DNA of 64,000 nt, taken from assembly GCF_964243305.1 (NCBI RefSeq), contig NZ_CAXTEF010000008.1:7269-71268 (forward strand), read 5' to 3'. How positions within the stretch are numbered: position 1 is the first letter of the stretch; every line of letters starts with the position of its first letter. This DNA is from an uncultured Hymenobacter sp. Lineage in GTDB: Bacteria; Bacteroidota; Bacteroidia; Cytophagales; Hymenobacteraceae. Made by a program: the position numbers and the translations under genes. Below the pieces are notes generated by a model that had not been told where the DNA came from, made no database searches, and saw only the letters and a program-made list of their open reading frames with translations. Below, piece after piece: positions 19,406 to 28,491 of the stretch.

Positions 19406-19780
19406 CTACCCGGCCGCCAACGCCGGCCGGTCTGCGCCCACTCGCCCCAGGTGCGTGTCCTTGAAGCCAGTGCCGTACTTGAGGCCGTAGCCCAAGAGCC
19501 GGTCGAAGGCGCTGTGAGAGAGCAGCACCGTGCCCGCCAGCAGCAGCGCGGGCTGGCCCAGCAGCCAGCTCCCTACCCCCACCGCCAGGCCCAGGGCCTT
19601 GTGGTGCACGAGATTGTAGCTAAAGGCGCCGGCTCGCGGCCCAGCCAGGTAGCCCACCATGCTCAGGTCGGGCAGCAGAAAGGCGGCGGGCAGCACCCAC
19701 CAGGCGTAGGGCAGGCGGGCGAACACGACCAGCGCCAGCAGCAGCTCGGCCAGTTCTTCAATTTTCAATAGCGTTTTCAT
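19406..19780 (-). CDS. DUF4260 domain membrane protein
   Basis: MKTLLKIEE, LPDLSMVGYLAGP..GA..YN..HH and H..FDRLLGYGLKY. Confidence 0.88.
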   Translation of the reverse strand: MKTLLKIEELAELLLALVVFARLPYAWWVLPAAFLLPDLSMVGYLAGPRAGAFSYNLVHHKALGLAVGVGSWLLGQPALLLAGTVLLSHSAFDRLLGYGLKYGTGFKDTHLGRVGADRPALAAG

Positions 19781-19926
19781 GGCGCGAAAGAGGTTTGGGG
19801 TGATTAAAATGAACACCTCAAAATTCCCCTGCCCAGCCCTTGGCTGACGATAACAAAAGCTAAGAAATCAGTTGCCCAATGGTCCGGCCCGACCGCACTC
19901 TGACTTGCCTACCCCCTGCTTTCCCA

Positions 19927-20511
19927 TCAACCCCGCCGCGCCACGCGGGCCCGGATGCGGCTCAGCGAAACGGGCGTAATTCCTAAATAATTTGCCACCA
20001 GATGCTGAGGAATCCGCTCCAGAATCTTGGTTTTGCCGCTGGTCAGCAGGGCGCGGTAGCGCTCTTCGGGCGAGAGCAGCAACTGCTCGACCAGCCGGGC
20101 ATCGGTGCCGAGCAGGTGGTACTCCGCCACGAGGCGCCCAAACCGCTCGTACACCGGCCGCTTATCGTAGAGGCGGCGTAGCACGGCGTAGTCGAACACG
20201 GTCAGCTCCGTATCGGTCAGGGCCTGAATGCTGAGCTGGCTGGGCCGGCCGGTGAGGCAGCCGGAGTAGTCGGCCAGCAGGTGGTTTTCAAAGAAGAAGT
20301 AGGTGGTGCGCTCCTCACCGTCGGGCCGGGGATAGTAGAGCCGGCAGGCACCGCTCAGCAGCAGCGCCAGTTCCGGACGGTACTCACCCGCTTGCACGAA
20401 ATGCTCGCCGCGCGCCAAGTGGCGCGAACGCAGCGCCTCGGCGAAGGGCTGCCAGTCGGCGGCGGTCAGCTCGGGCACGAAACGGAGCAGGTAGGCGCGC
20501 AGCGGGTGCAT
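19927..20511 (-). CDS. Crp/Fnr-family transcriptional regulator
   Basis: cNMP-binding-like N-terminus (LLLSGACRLYY..DGEERT) and C-terminal HTH SPEERY..IPQHLVANYLGITPVSLSRIR. Confidence 0.92.
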   Translation of the reverse strand: MHPLRAYLLRFVPELTAADWQPFAEALRSRHLARGEHFVQAGEYRPELALLLSGACRLYYPRPDGEERTTYFFFENHLLADYSGCLTGRPSQLSIQALTDTELTVFDYAVLRRLYDKRPVYERFGRLVAEYHLLGTDARLVEQLLLSPEERYRALLTSGKTKILERIPQHLVANYLGITPVSLSRIRARVARRG

Positions 20512-20570
20512 GGGCGAAGATACCCATCAGCCCGGCGCAAGTGAGCACTCGACCATTGCCCTACCCCCCT

Positions 20571-23500
20571 CTACCCGGCCAAAGGCAGCTCGATGAAAAA
20601 CGTGGTGCCCTGGTCAACCTGGGTTTCAAACCAGATGTGGCCGCCGGCGCTCTCGATGCCGCGCTTGGCCACGGCCAGCCCAATGCCCGAGCCGCTGGCT
20701 TTAGTGGTGAAGTTGGGCACGAACATCTGGGTCTGCACCTCGGCTGGGATGCCGCTGCCGTTGTCGGCGATGGCAACCTGCACGTGGTGGTCGTGGCAGC
20801 ACAGGCCCACACGCAGGTGCGGGACGCGGCCGGCGGGCACCGATTGGCGGGCGTTGATGAGCAGGTTGTTGAAGGTGCGCACGAGCAGGTTTTCGTCGGC
20901 GTACACGATGCAGTGGCCGTCGAGGGCGGGGTCCAGGGGGAGGGCCAGCTCCAGCGAGCCGTCGGCCGCGTCGGGCTGGTGCAGGGCGGCGCAGCGGCGC
21001 AGCACGGCGGCCACGTCGAGGCGCTCGGGGCGCATGGCGGGCAGGTTGGTGAAGGTGCTGAAGGAGGTGGCGATGTCCGAGAGCACATCAATCTGGGTGA
21101 TAAGCGTCTGCGAGATGCGGCCAATCAGCTCCTCGGCGTTGGGGCGGCGCTCGTTGATGGCTTTTTGCAGGTATTGCAGGCTCAGCTTCATAGGCGTGAG
21201 CGGATTTTTGATTTCGTGGGCGACTTGGCGCGCCATCTCGCGCCAAGCGGCTTCTTTTTCCTGGGCTGCCAGCTCCTGCTTGCTGGCTTCGAGCTTGCGC
21301 AGCATGGCGTTGTACTCGCGCACGAGCAGGCCGATTTCGTCGTCGGAGGAGCGGTAGTGCAGTTCCTCATTCTGGCCCGTGAGCGAGGTTTGGGTCAGGC
21401 GCGCCGTCACCAAACTCAGCGGCGCGGTCAGGCGCCGGGCGGCGAAGAAGGCCAGGGCCAGAAAGCTGATGAACATCAGGGTGAAGATGTTCAGGATGGT
21501 GGTAAACAGCTCGGTGAGCTTGCGGTCCAGCTCCTTTTCGGAGTCAAAAAACGGGATGCCCACGAAGCCCGTCAGCGGGCCGGCCTGGCCGGCGGCGGTG
21601 CCGGCGCCCCGCACTGGCAGGTACAGGGCATTGAACGAGAGTGAGCCGGCGCGCTCGGTGAGCAGGGCGCGGGTTTGCCCGCCTTCGGCCAGCGCGGCCA
21701 TCGCCTGCGGGTTGAGCAGCGGCCCGAGCAGCCCGGCCTCGAAAATGAGCGGCTGCGAGCTGGTGAGCAGCTCGCCGCGGGCGTTATAGATGTTGAGGTC
21801 GGTTTCGGTGAAGGCGGCTACGTTGCGGGCCAGCGCGGCCAGCGCGGGCTGCGCCACTGAGTCGGCGCCGGCCAGCAGCTCGGGGCGGCGGCGCAGGCTT
21901 TCCAGGGCCACCTGCCCGCGCCGCTCGTAGGTGCGCCGCAAATCCAGCTGATAGGAGGCAATAACCTGCGAGCCCACGGCGGCGCTCACCACCAGCAGCG
22001 GCACGAGTACGCCGCCGGTGAGCAGCAACTGAATACGGGAGCTGAGGTTGAGTTGCAGCCAGCCGGGGCGCCCCCACACCAGCAGGTAGAGCACGGCCAG
22101 CAGCACCGCCGCAAAGGCGGCCATTAGAAATTGAAACGAGAAGTTGGCCAGCCAGTCGGTGAGCGAGTAGGTGGTGGTGGTCACGACCACGGTGCGCCCC
22201 TGCGAGCCCCGCACGGCCAAGTGGTGAAAGTCGCCCTGCACCAGCCCCGTAGTGTAGAGGCGCGCATCCTGCAGGCGGCCGGCGGGCAGGCGGCGGGCAT
22301 AGTCAAAATCGCCCTCGCTGTACACGAGCCGGCCGCCGCCGTAGCCACCGTAGCTCAGCGCCGTGGCCAGGCCCGGCTGGAAAAACTTCTGGTCCACGAG
22401 CAGCTCGGGCAGCACGCTGTAGGTGCTGAGCTTCTTGAGCGTCAGGGCCAGGGCGATGGTACCCAGCGGCTGGCCGGCCGAGTCGCGCACGGCCGTCAGA
22501 GCCAGGTAGCGCCGCGAGCTGAACGAGTTGCCGGACCGCATCAGGAACACGCCGGGCTGGTCGGTGCGGGTGGTGTTGCGGCGGATTTCGGCCCGCAGCT
22601 CGGCCAGCGGCGGCGGTAGCTGACCTGGTACTCCCTCGGCGGTTTCCGGGCTGGCTAGGCCCAAGGGCTGCCCGGCCGGCCCATATAGGGTAATGCTGGT
22701 TTCGTACTTGTCGAAATAATCGCGCAGATACTGGCGGCTGATGCGCCGCCGCACGGCGTCGGTGCGGGCAAATGCGCCGCTAAAGGCGCGCTGCACGAAC
22801 GGGTCCTGGGCCAGCCGCCGAATCCGGTCGCCGAGCAGGTACTCGCCCTGGAAGTCGTTGTCCACGAGCAGGTTGGTGGCCAGGCGCTGCTTATCCAGCA
22901 GCAGCTGCCGCTCGAAGTGCACGTACAGCGCCAGCGCGCCGGTGGCCGAGGTCAGCCCCAGCAGCAGGGCCAGCAGCACTACGGCCCGGTAGCCGGGCGC
23001 CGCCGGCAGCCGCCGCAGCTGCCCCACCCGCACCAGCAGGCCGAATGTCAGGGCCAGCGCGGCCAGCAGCAGCAGCGAGTGGTCCAGGGCCAGGCCCAGG
23101 GTCAGGGTCACGGCGGCGGCCAGGGCCAGCCCGCCCAGGATAACCCAGCGCGCGGCAAAGCGCAGGGCCGCGCCCGCCAGCTGGGTCAGCACGTAGAACT
23201 TGAGCACGTAGCCGGTGGTGTGCAGCAGCACGGCCAGGGCCAGCACCAGCCGGAAGCCGCTCAGCTGCATACTCTGGGTGATGTCGAGGCTGAGCTGGGC
23301 GCTGCCGAAGGTTTCGAGATAATAGCTATAGAGCAGCCACAGCAGCCCGCCAAACGCTGCGCTCAGGGCCGTGGCCGCCAGCAGCTGCCCGGCCACGGTG
23401 CGCGGCGCGCCGGAACTCAGGCGCTCCAGCAGGCGGTAGTGCCGTGCCAGCAGCAGCCCGCCCACCGCAATGAGCACGGCCAGCGTGGCGTTGAGCAGCA

Positions 23501-24404
23501 GGTCGCCGAGCGAGGGCGCCAGCCAGGAGGCCGCGTATACCCGCGGGTCGAACAGGGGCAGCTCGGTGAAGGAAAATGGCAGCCCCACCAGGCCCAGCCC
23601 GCGCAAAGCCAGCAGCGGCAGGACCAGCGCCGCCACGGCCCGCCCACCCCGCCCGGCCTGCCACCAGCGCCGGGCCAGCAGCAGCCAGCTGGCCGCGTAG
23701 AGCGCGGCCCCCAACATGAGCAGCGCCAGCGGCACGTACTGCCCGGTGAACGGATTGATCACCAGCCGCTCGACCGAAAACAGGTAGCTGCCCGCATCGG
23801 TGCGCACCTGCGCCAGCGGCCGGGCGGCGCTGTCGACCACCACCCGCACGCCCAGACCCCGGAACAGGGCCTGCTCGGCGCCGTCGGTGAGGTAGCGGTT
23901 GCTGATGCCGTAGTGCCGCTCCAGGGGCACATAAGTGATGACTATAAACTGGTTTACGGCCCGCCGCAAGGTCAGAAACTGACCCAGCGGGGTTTCCACC
24001 AGCCGCTCGGCCACGGGCGCGGCCACCACCTCCGCGTCGGGGCGAATACTCGAATCCGACCAGTAGCGCAGCTGGCCACCTTCGTACACAAAGCAGGGGT
24101 AGGAGCTACGGCTGCGCAGCTGCTGAAAGCTGAGCTGGCCGCGCCGGATTTCGGCGGCCACGGTGTCGGCCTCGCGGCGGGCGCGGGTTTTGGCCTCCTG
24201 CACCAGGTTGCGCAACCGGTCGGCATCGGCCCGCGGCAACACCAGGGGCTGCGTGAGCCGGCTTATCCAGTAGCCGGCCGTCAGCAGCGAGATAGCCACT
24301 AGCAGCAGCGCCCAAGGCGAAATACGCAATCCAGCCAGCAGACGCCTCACGATAAAGAAAATAATAGTACAAAAACCACCAGCACTCAGGCCCCAACTCA
24401 GCAA
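20571..24404 (-). CDS. Multi-TM HAMP-domain sensor histidine kinase (NtrY-like)
   Basis: HAMP (DDEIGLLVREYNAM), H-box WREMARQVAHEIKNPLTP, N-box NLLINARQ, DNGSGI, and FTTKASGSGIGL. True start is probably 24350 or 24329. Confidence 0.93.
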   Translation of the reverse strand: MLSWGLSAGGFCTIIFFIVRRLLAGLRISPWALLLVAISLLTAGYWISRLTQPLVLPRADADRLRNLVQEAKTRARREADTVAAEIRRGQLSFQQLRSRSSYPCFVYEGGQLRYWSDSSIRPDAEVVAAPVAERLVETPLGQFLTLRRAVNQFIVITYVPLERHYGISNRYLTDGAEQALFRGLGVRVVVDSAARPLAQVRTDAGSYLFSVERLVINPFTGQYVPLALLMLGAALYAASWLLLARRWWQAGRGGRAVAALVLPLLALRGLGLVGLPFSFTELPLFDPRVYAASWLAPSLGDLLLNATLAVLIAVGGLLLARHYRLLERLSSGAPRTVAGQLLAATALSAAFGGLLWLLYSYYLETFGSAQLSLDITQSMQLSGFRLVLALAVLLHTTGYVLKFYVLTQLAGAALRFAARWVILGGLALAAAVTLTLGLALDHSLLLLAALALTFGLLVRVGQLRRLPAAPGYRAVVLLALLLGLTSATGALALYVHFERQLLLDKQRLATNLLVDNDFQGEYLLGDRIRRLAQDPFVQRAFSGAFARTDAVRRRISRQYLRDYFDKYETSITLYGPAGQPLGLASPETAEGVPGQLPPPLAELRAEIRRNTTRTDQPGVFLMRSGNSFSSRRYLALTAVRDSAGQPLGTIALALTLKKLSTYSVLPELLVDQKFFQPGLATALSYGGYGGGRLVYSEGDFDYARRLPAGRLQDARLYTTGLVQGDFHHLAVRGSQGRTVVVTTTTYSLTDWLANFSFQFLMAAFAAVLLAVLYLLVWGRPGWLQLNLSSRIQLLLTGGVLVPLLVVSAAVGSQVIASYQLDLRRTYERRGQVALESLRRRPELLAGADSVAQPALAALARNVAAFTETDLNIYNARGELLTSSQPLIFEAGLLGPLLNPQAMAALAEGGQTRALLTERAGSLSFNALYLPVRGAGTAAGQAGPLTGFVGIPFFDSEKELDRKLTELFTTILNIFTLMFISFLALAFFAARRLTAPLSLVTARLTQTSLTGQNEELHYRSSDDEIGLLVREYNAMLRKLEASKQELAAQEKEAAWREMARQVAHEIKNPLTPMKLSLQYLQKAINERRPNAEELIGRISQTLITQIDVLSDIATSFSTFTNLPAMRPERLDVAAVLRRCAALHQPDAADGSLELALPLDPALDGHCIVYADENLLVRTFNNLLINARQSVPAGRVPHLRVGLCCHDHHVQVAIADNGSGIPAEVQTQMFVPNFTTKASGSGIGLAVAKRGIESAGGHIWFETQVDQGTTFFIELPLAG

Positions 24405-24555
24405 AGATGAGTGCGCAAAAGTCGTGCGAGTCGCCCGACAGCGACTTTCACTGGGCTAGCTGCTACTTAGCTGCCGACCCCATTAAAGACAAAAATGCCG
24501 CTCAGGAGCGGCATTTGGCAGAATGTCAGCCGGGTGGGCAAGCGGCGCACAATCC

Positions 24556-24972
24556 CTACCCCCCCGCCGGCGTACTACCCGGCCGAACGTTTACGTAGTG
24601 CGGGTCGAAGCGAATACCGCCGAAGGCATACAGCATAATGGCGCGGGCATAGCGAAAGGAAAGCGGCGCCAGCAACACCGTCACGACGGCCACTACCACC
24701 GTGTAGACCCACGTATCCGGATTATTGAGCAAGTAATACAGCACCAGGCCCACCGCCAGCACGATGGCGGTCGAAAAGCCGAAGCTGATGTACATCGCAC
24801 CCCAGTAGAAGCCGGTCTCGGGCTCAAGGTGCTGCCCGCACACCGCGCACGCTTCGGGCATCTCGTCGAAATGTCGCACGTTCAGGGCCGACCGGCTAAA
24901 TAGCTGGCCCTGATGGCAGCGCGGGCAGCGCAGGGCCAGCATCGCCAGCCACGATGAGCGGATGGCGGCCAC
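24556..24972 (-). CDS. DUF983 domain protein
   Basis: CPRCHQG..C.VCG..EPETGFYWGAMYISF plus two TM helices. The GTG start overlaps the upstream stop (TAGTG). Confidence 0.85.
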   Translation of the reverse strand: MAAIRSSWLAMLALRCPRCHQGQLFSRSALNVRHFDEMPEACAVCGQHLEPETGFYWGAMYISFGFSTAIVLAVGLVLYYLLNNPDTWVYTVVVAVVTVLLAPLSFRYARAIMLYAFGGIRFDPHYVNVRPGSTPAGG

Positions 24973-25229
24973 TAGCTGCGACCCTTTTTGGCGGCGTGGC
25001 TGCGCCGGTACCAGAAGTAGCCGATGGCGCCCATCAGCAGATACGGCACGCTCATCATGTACACGATGCCCCGGTTGAGACCGGTCACGTCGTAGTCGTC
25101 TTTCTCCTGGCGGGCGGCCTCGACCTGGCTTTTGCACATCACGCACTGCGCTCTGGCTCCTAGCGGAGCAAAGCTCGTCAGCAGGCCCAGCAGCAGGGCA
25201 AACAGGCTGATTTTAAGTTGCTTTTTCAT
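24972..25229 (-). CDS. Small exported membrane-anchored protein with CxxC (AQCVMC)
   Basis: Signal peptide ending ARA-Q, then CVMC, GLNRGIVYMM..PY and a C-terminal TM with a basic tail. Confidence 0.8.
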   Translation of the reverse strand: MKKQLKISLFALLLGLLTSFAPLGARAQCVMCKSQVEAARQEKDDYDVTGLNRGIVYMMSVPYLLMGAIGYFWYRRSHAAKKGRS

Positions 25230-25288
25230 ATAAAATACAACGCCGGATAATGGGTAAAGTTTCTTTTGCGCCGCGGACTTTCACCGCG

Positions 25289-25858
25289 CTACGTGTAGTA
25301 GGGCGAAATCATAAAGTACACGACTACGCCCGTCACCGATACGTAGAGCCAGACCGGGAACGTCCAGCGGGCAATGCGCTTGTGCTTGGTGTATTGCCCA
25401 GTGAGAGCGAAGTAGAGTGTGAACAACACCAGCCCCACCGTTACCACGGCCAGGCTGATGTGGCTCAGCAGCAGCAGAAAGTAAACCAGCCGGCTGAGCC
25501 CTACCCCCCCGAAATGGGTCGAAGCCGTCTGGGAGTGGTACGTCACGTAGGCGACCAGAAACATCGCCCCCAACAGAAAAGCGGTTCCCATCATGGCGCG
25601 GTGCCGCAGCACCTGCCCCTGCCGGATGAAGTAGTAGCCCAGCACCAGCGCCCCGGCGGTCAGCGAGTTAATCAGGGCGATGACCTTGGGCAGAAACTTC
25701 ACTTCCAGACCCGGCACCTTGAGCAGGCCGGGGAAAAAGTAGAGCATTGCTACCAGCAGCGGCACCACGGCGCCGAGCGCGGCCAGGATAATCTTGTACT
25801 TGGTGTAGTCGCCGGGCTCCAGCACCGGCGGGTGCAGCGTCTCAGTTGTCGTGGTCAT
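25289..25858 (-). CDS. DUF420 domain membrane protein
   Basis: LPKVIALINS, HRAMM, YVTYH, HISLA and HKRIARWTFPVWLYVSVTGVVVY. ATG at 25858. Confidence 0.9.
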   Translation of the reverse strand: MTTTTETLHPPVLEPGDYTKYKIILAALGAVVPLLVAMLYFFPGLLKVPGLEVKFLPKVIALINSLTAGALVLGYYFIRQGQVLRHRAMMGTAFLLGAMFLVAYVTYHSQTASTHFGGVGLSRLVYFLLLLSHISLAVVTVGLVLFTLYFALTGQYTKHKRIARWTFPVWLYVSVTGVVVYFMISPYYT

Positions 25859-26528
25859 AAGAATAAAGCAAAACGTCAATCTCCACCAGCAGCCGGTCGA
25901 TTTCGCGCCCATCGCGCCCGTCGTACACGCCGCGCAGGTGCCGGTTGCGGTCGAGCAGCAACAGGCGGCCCGGGGCGGGCGGCACCGTCACGGGGTGGCC
26001 CTGAATGGTGCGGTGGTAGGGCACGTCGTAGCGGTACTCGTCGTGGTAGAGCGTTCGCATCGTGCCGGCGGGGCCAGCGAGGAAAAACCACTTGCCCGCT
26101 ACCGTGCCATACTGCTCGGCCAGCTTCGGTAGTGTAACCGCCGGCTGCGGCCCAGGGTTCAGCACAAAGCTGAGCACGCGCACCCGCGGCTCCTGCCGGT
26201 ATTTTTCCTGCACCCGCAGCAGTTGCCGGGCCGCCAGGGCGCTCGGCTCATCGGCAGCGTAGAACTGCGCCACCTGCACCCCCCCAGCTAGCTCAGCCGA
26301 GCGGAACGTGCGCCCGGCCGACGACAGCAGCTGGAAGGGCCGGATTTGGTGGAAAACAGTATCGCGCTGCCACGCCTGTTTTCCGCCCGTCACGCGCGTG
26401 GAGTCCACACGGTCGGGCAACAGGAATGGCAGCGCGTAATGGTTGGTGCCGAAGTTATTCAGGAACAGAAAGGCCAGCACCGGCACCAGCAGCAGCAGCC
26501 CCAGCAGCAGGGTTTGGCGGGGCCGCAT
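25842..26528 (-). CDS. SCO/SenC-like thioredoxin-fold protein lacking the CxxxC motif
   Basis: N-terminal TM and SCO-type C-terminus (KWFFLAG, LLLLDRNRHLRGVYDG..EIDRL). Located in the cox cluster and contains no Cys. Confidence 0.75.
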   Translation of the reverse strand: MRPRQTLLLGLLLLVPVLAFLFLNNFGTNHYALPFLLPDRVDSTRVTGGKQAWQRDTVFHQIRPFQLLSSAGRTFRSAELAGGVQVAQFYAADEPSALAARQLLRVQEKYRQEPRVRVLSFVLNPGPQPAVTLPKLAEQYGTVAGKWFFLAGPAGTMRTLYHDEYRYDVPYHRTIQGHPVTVPPAPGRLLLLDRNRHLRGVYDGRDGREIDRLLVEIDVLLYSYDHDN

Positions 26529-26535
26529 CGGCTGG

Positions 26536-26883
26536 CTACTTGAACATATTGCTCAGCGCCTCGCCGAGGTAAGAGCCCTCAGTGACCAGAGCCACGAGCA
26601 GCCAGACCAGCAAGCCTATTGGAATGAGGATGGTCCAGATAAGCCCCTTGGTTTCGTGCTTGAGGTGCATGAACTCGGCGACGATGAAAAAGGCCTTGAA
26701 GATGGTGAGTACGATAAAGATGCTGTTGCGTAGCGTACCGGCTCCCATGAAGAATACAAACACGAATTCGACGGCGGTGATGCCGACCAGTACCCAGAAG
26801 GTGCGCCAAATCCAGGCGGTATTCGGCTTGGCAATTTCCCCGCGCGGGGTGGCATCGAGCGAAGAGGAGCTTTGAACGGACAT
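26536..26883 (-). CDS. ctaF: Cytochrome c oxidase subunit IV (caa3-type)
   Basis: ITAVEF, TIFKAFFIVAEFMHLKHE and TEG; three TM helices. Confidence 0.9.
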   Translation of the reverse strand: MSVQSSSSLDATPRGEIAKPNTAWIWRTFWVLVGITAVEFVFVFFMGAGTLRNSIFIVLTIFKAFFIVAEFMHLKHETKGLIWTILIPIGLLVWLLVALVTEGSYLGEALSNMFK

Positions 26884-26893
26884 AATTTAAATT

Positions 26894-26995
26894 GTCATTC
26901 TGAGCGCAGCGAAGGACCTTATCACCTTCGCGCCGCATGGGTTACTAATTCTGATATCGGTAGCCGCGATAAGATGCTTCCTTCGTCAGCATGAG
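26894..26995. repeat. Long palindromic element, copy 3 (arms from different subtypes)
   Basis: Left arm GTCATTCTGAGCGCAGCGAAGGACCTTA. Right arm TAAGATGCTTCCTTCGTCAGCATGAG, whose core GATGCTTCCTTCGTCAGCATGA is identical to the copy 2 right arm. Confidence 0.8.
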
Positions 26996-27002
26996 GGACG
27001 TG

Positions 27003-27782
27003 TTAAACCAGATAAAAGAAAGTAAATACGAACACCCACACCAAGTCCACAAAGTGCCAGTAGAGGCCGATTTTTTCGACCATCTCGTAGTGGCCGCGCT
27101 TGTGGAACGTGCCGTTGGTGGTAGCGATAAAGCACCAAATCAGCAGGCAAACGCCTGAAAATACGTGGGTGCCGTGGAAGCCGGTGATAAAGAAAAACAA
27201 GTCAGCAAACAAGACTGGCCCGTACTGATTGACCGACAGACTCGCGCCCTGATAAACGCTGCCATCGGCCATGCGGGTGCCGGCCTCGGTGCCGGCGATG
27301 AAGTGGCTCCACTCCCAGGCCTGCGAGGCCAGAAAGGTGCTGCCGAAGAGAATCGTCCACAAGAGCCACTTCTGCACATCGTCGCGGTCCATGCGGTGGC
27401 CGGCTTCCACGGCCAGCACCATCGTCACGGAGCTGAAGATGAGAATCATCGTCATCAGCGCTACGAAAGCCAGGGGCAAATCCAGGCCGTGCAAGCCAGG
27501 GAAGGCGTTGAACACCTTTTCCGGAATGGGCCAGTACGCCGTGTTGAACACGAACTGCTTGGCCTCACCCGCAAACACGGCGTGCTTATGGCGGATAAAG
27601 CCGTAGGCGGTGAGGAAGGCGGCGAATGTGAAGGCGTCGGAGAGCAGGAAGAACCACATCATCAGCTTGCCGTAGCTCGCCTTGAAAGGTTCGTTGCCGC
27701 CATCCCAGTTGCCGGTGCGCGGTGCCTCAGCGGACGAGGTAGCGGCAATCGTGGGAGGCGCCATTGTGGTCGGATTAGCCAT
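27003..27782 (-). CDS. ctaE: Cytochrome c oxidase subunit III (long half, CoxP-like)
   Basis: KLMMWFFLLSDAFTF, ITGFHGTHV and GLYWHFVDLVWVFVF. Confidence 0.92.
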   Translation of the reverse strand: MANPTTMAPPTIAATSSAEAPRTGNWDGGNEPFKASYGKLMMWFFLLSDAFTFAAFLTAYGFIRHKHAVFAGEAKQFVFNTAYWPIPEKVFNAFPGLHGLDLPLAFVALMTMILIFSSVTMVLAVEAGHRMDRDDVQKWLLWTILFGSTFLASQAWEWSHFIAGTEAGTRMADGSVYQGASLSVNQYGPVLFADLFFFITGFHGTHVFSGVCLLIWCFIATTNGTFHKRGHYEMVEKIGLYWHFVDLVWVFVFTFFYLV

Positions 27783-27810
27783 TGCAGTCAGATTATAATC
27801 GAAAGCGGAA

Positions 27811-28398
27811 TCAGTGGTTCAAAAGTAGGAACAAATACAAGTACCACCAAAGGCCGCCCAGGAAATGCCAGTAGATGGTGGCATTGCCGATGGAGAGTAA
27901 CGAGCGGGAATGTACTTGATACTTAAGGCTTCGCAAGAGCACTACGGCGATAAACACGAGGCCCGTGACGAGGTGAAAAGCGTGCACGCCCATGAGCACG
28001 TACACGAACGAGCCGGACGGATTGGCGTCGCTGCCCCCGAAGAATGTACGGCCCGCTACCATCTCGCTCCACACGCCCACCTGCCCGACCAGAAACGCCA
28101 GGCCCAGCAGCAAGGTTAGCCCCAGACCCAGATTTACGCGCTTTACCTCGTCTTTGCGAGCCGAGAAATAAGCCCACTGCACGGCGGCGCTGCTCAGGGC
28201 AATCAGCAATGAGTTATACAGCAGGCTGGCAGGCAGGTCGAACTCGCGCCAGTTGCCTTCGTCGCGGCGCACGATGTAGCCGCTGGTGAAGGCGGCGAAC
28301 ATCATGATAATACTGAAAATAAGCAAAATAAGCACCACCCGCTTGGGGTGAGTGCCGGTGCCGAGCTGCGGCTCGGCGCTGATGTCGGACGGCGTCAT
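27811..28398 (-). CDS. Cytochrome c oxidase subunit III-family protein (short half, CoxO-like)
   Basis: IMMFAAFTSGYIVRR, SFVYVLMGVHAFHL and YWHFLGGLW. Confidence 0.9.
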   Translation of the reverse strand: MTPSDISAEPQLGTGTHPKRVVLILLIFSIIMMFAAFTSGYIVRRDEGNWREFDLPASLLYNSLLIALSSAAVQWAYFSARKDEVKRVNLGLGLTLLLGLAFLVGQVGVWSEMVAGRTFFGGSDANPSGSFVYVLMGVHAFHLVTGLVFIAVVLLRSLKYQVHSRSLLSIGNATIYWHFLGGLWWYLYLFLLLNH

Positions 28399-28491
28399 GG
28401 GGTAAAGAATTAACAGTTATCAACCGGCAGTGTCAAGGCCAGGTTGTTAGTAAAAAGCCTACCCCCCTAACAAACCAAGGTCAACTTTAAC

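Noticed and set aside
22917-24302. 461-aa Gln/Gly-rich plus-strand ORF opposite the kinase
   Set aside because: It is the antisense reading of Leu/Ala-rich TM codons (CTG/GCC read as CAG/GGC).
24973-25146. Apparent N-terminal extension of the DUF983 ORF
   Set aside because: It overlaps the 85-aa CVMC gene in another frame; a coupled GTG at 24972 explains the real start.
27003-28398. Two subunit III ORFs as a frameshifted pseudogene
   Set aside because: Both have their own starts, stops and conserved motifs; a split subunit III is normal in Bacteroidota ACIII-aa3 clusters.
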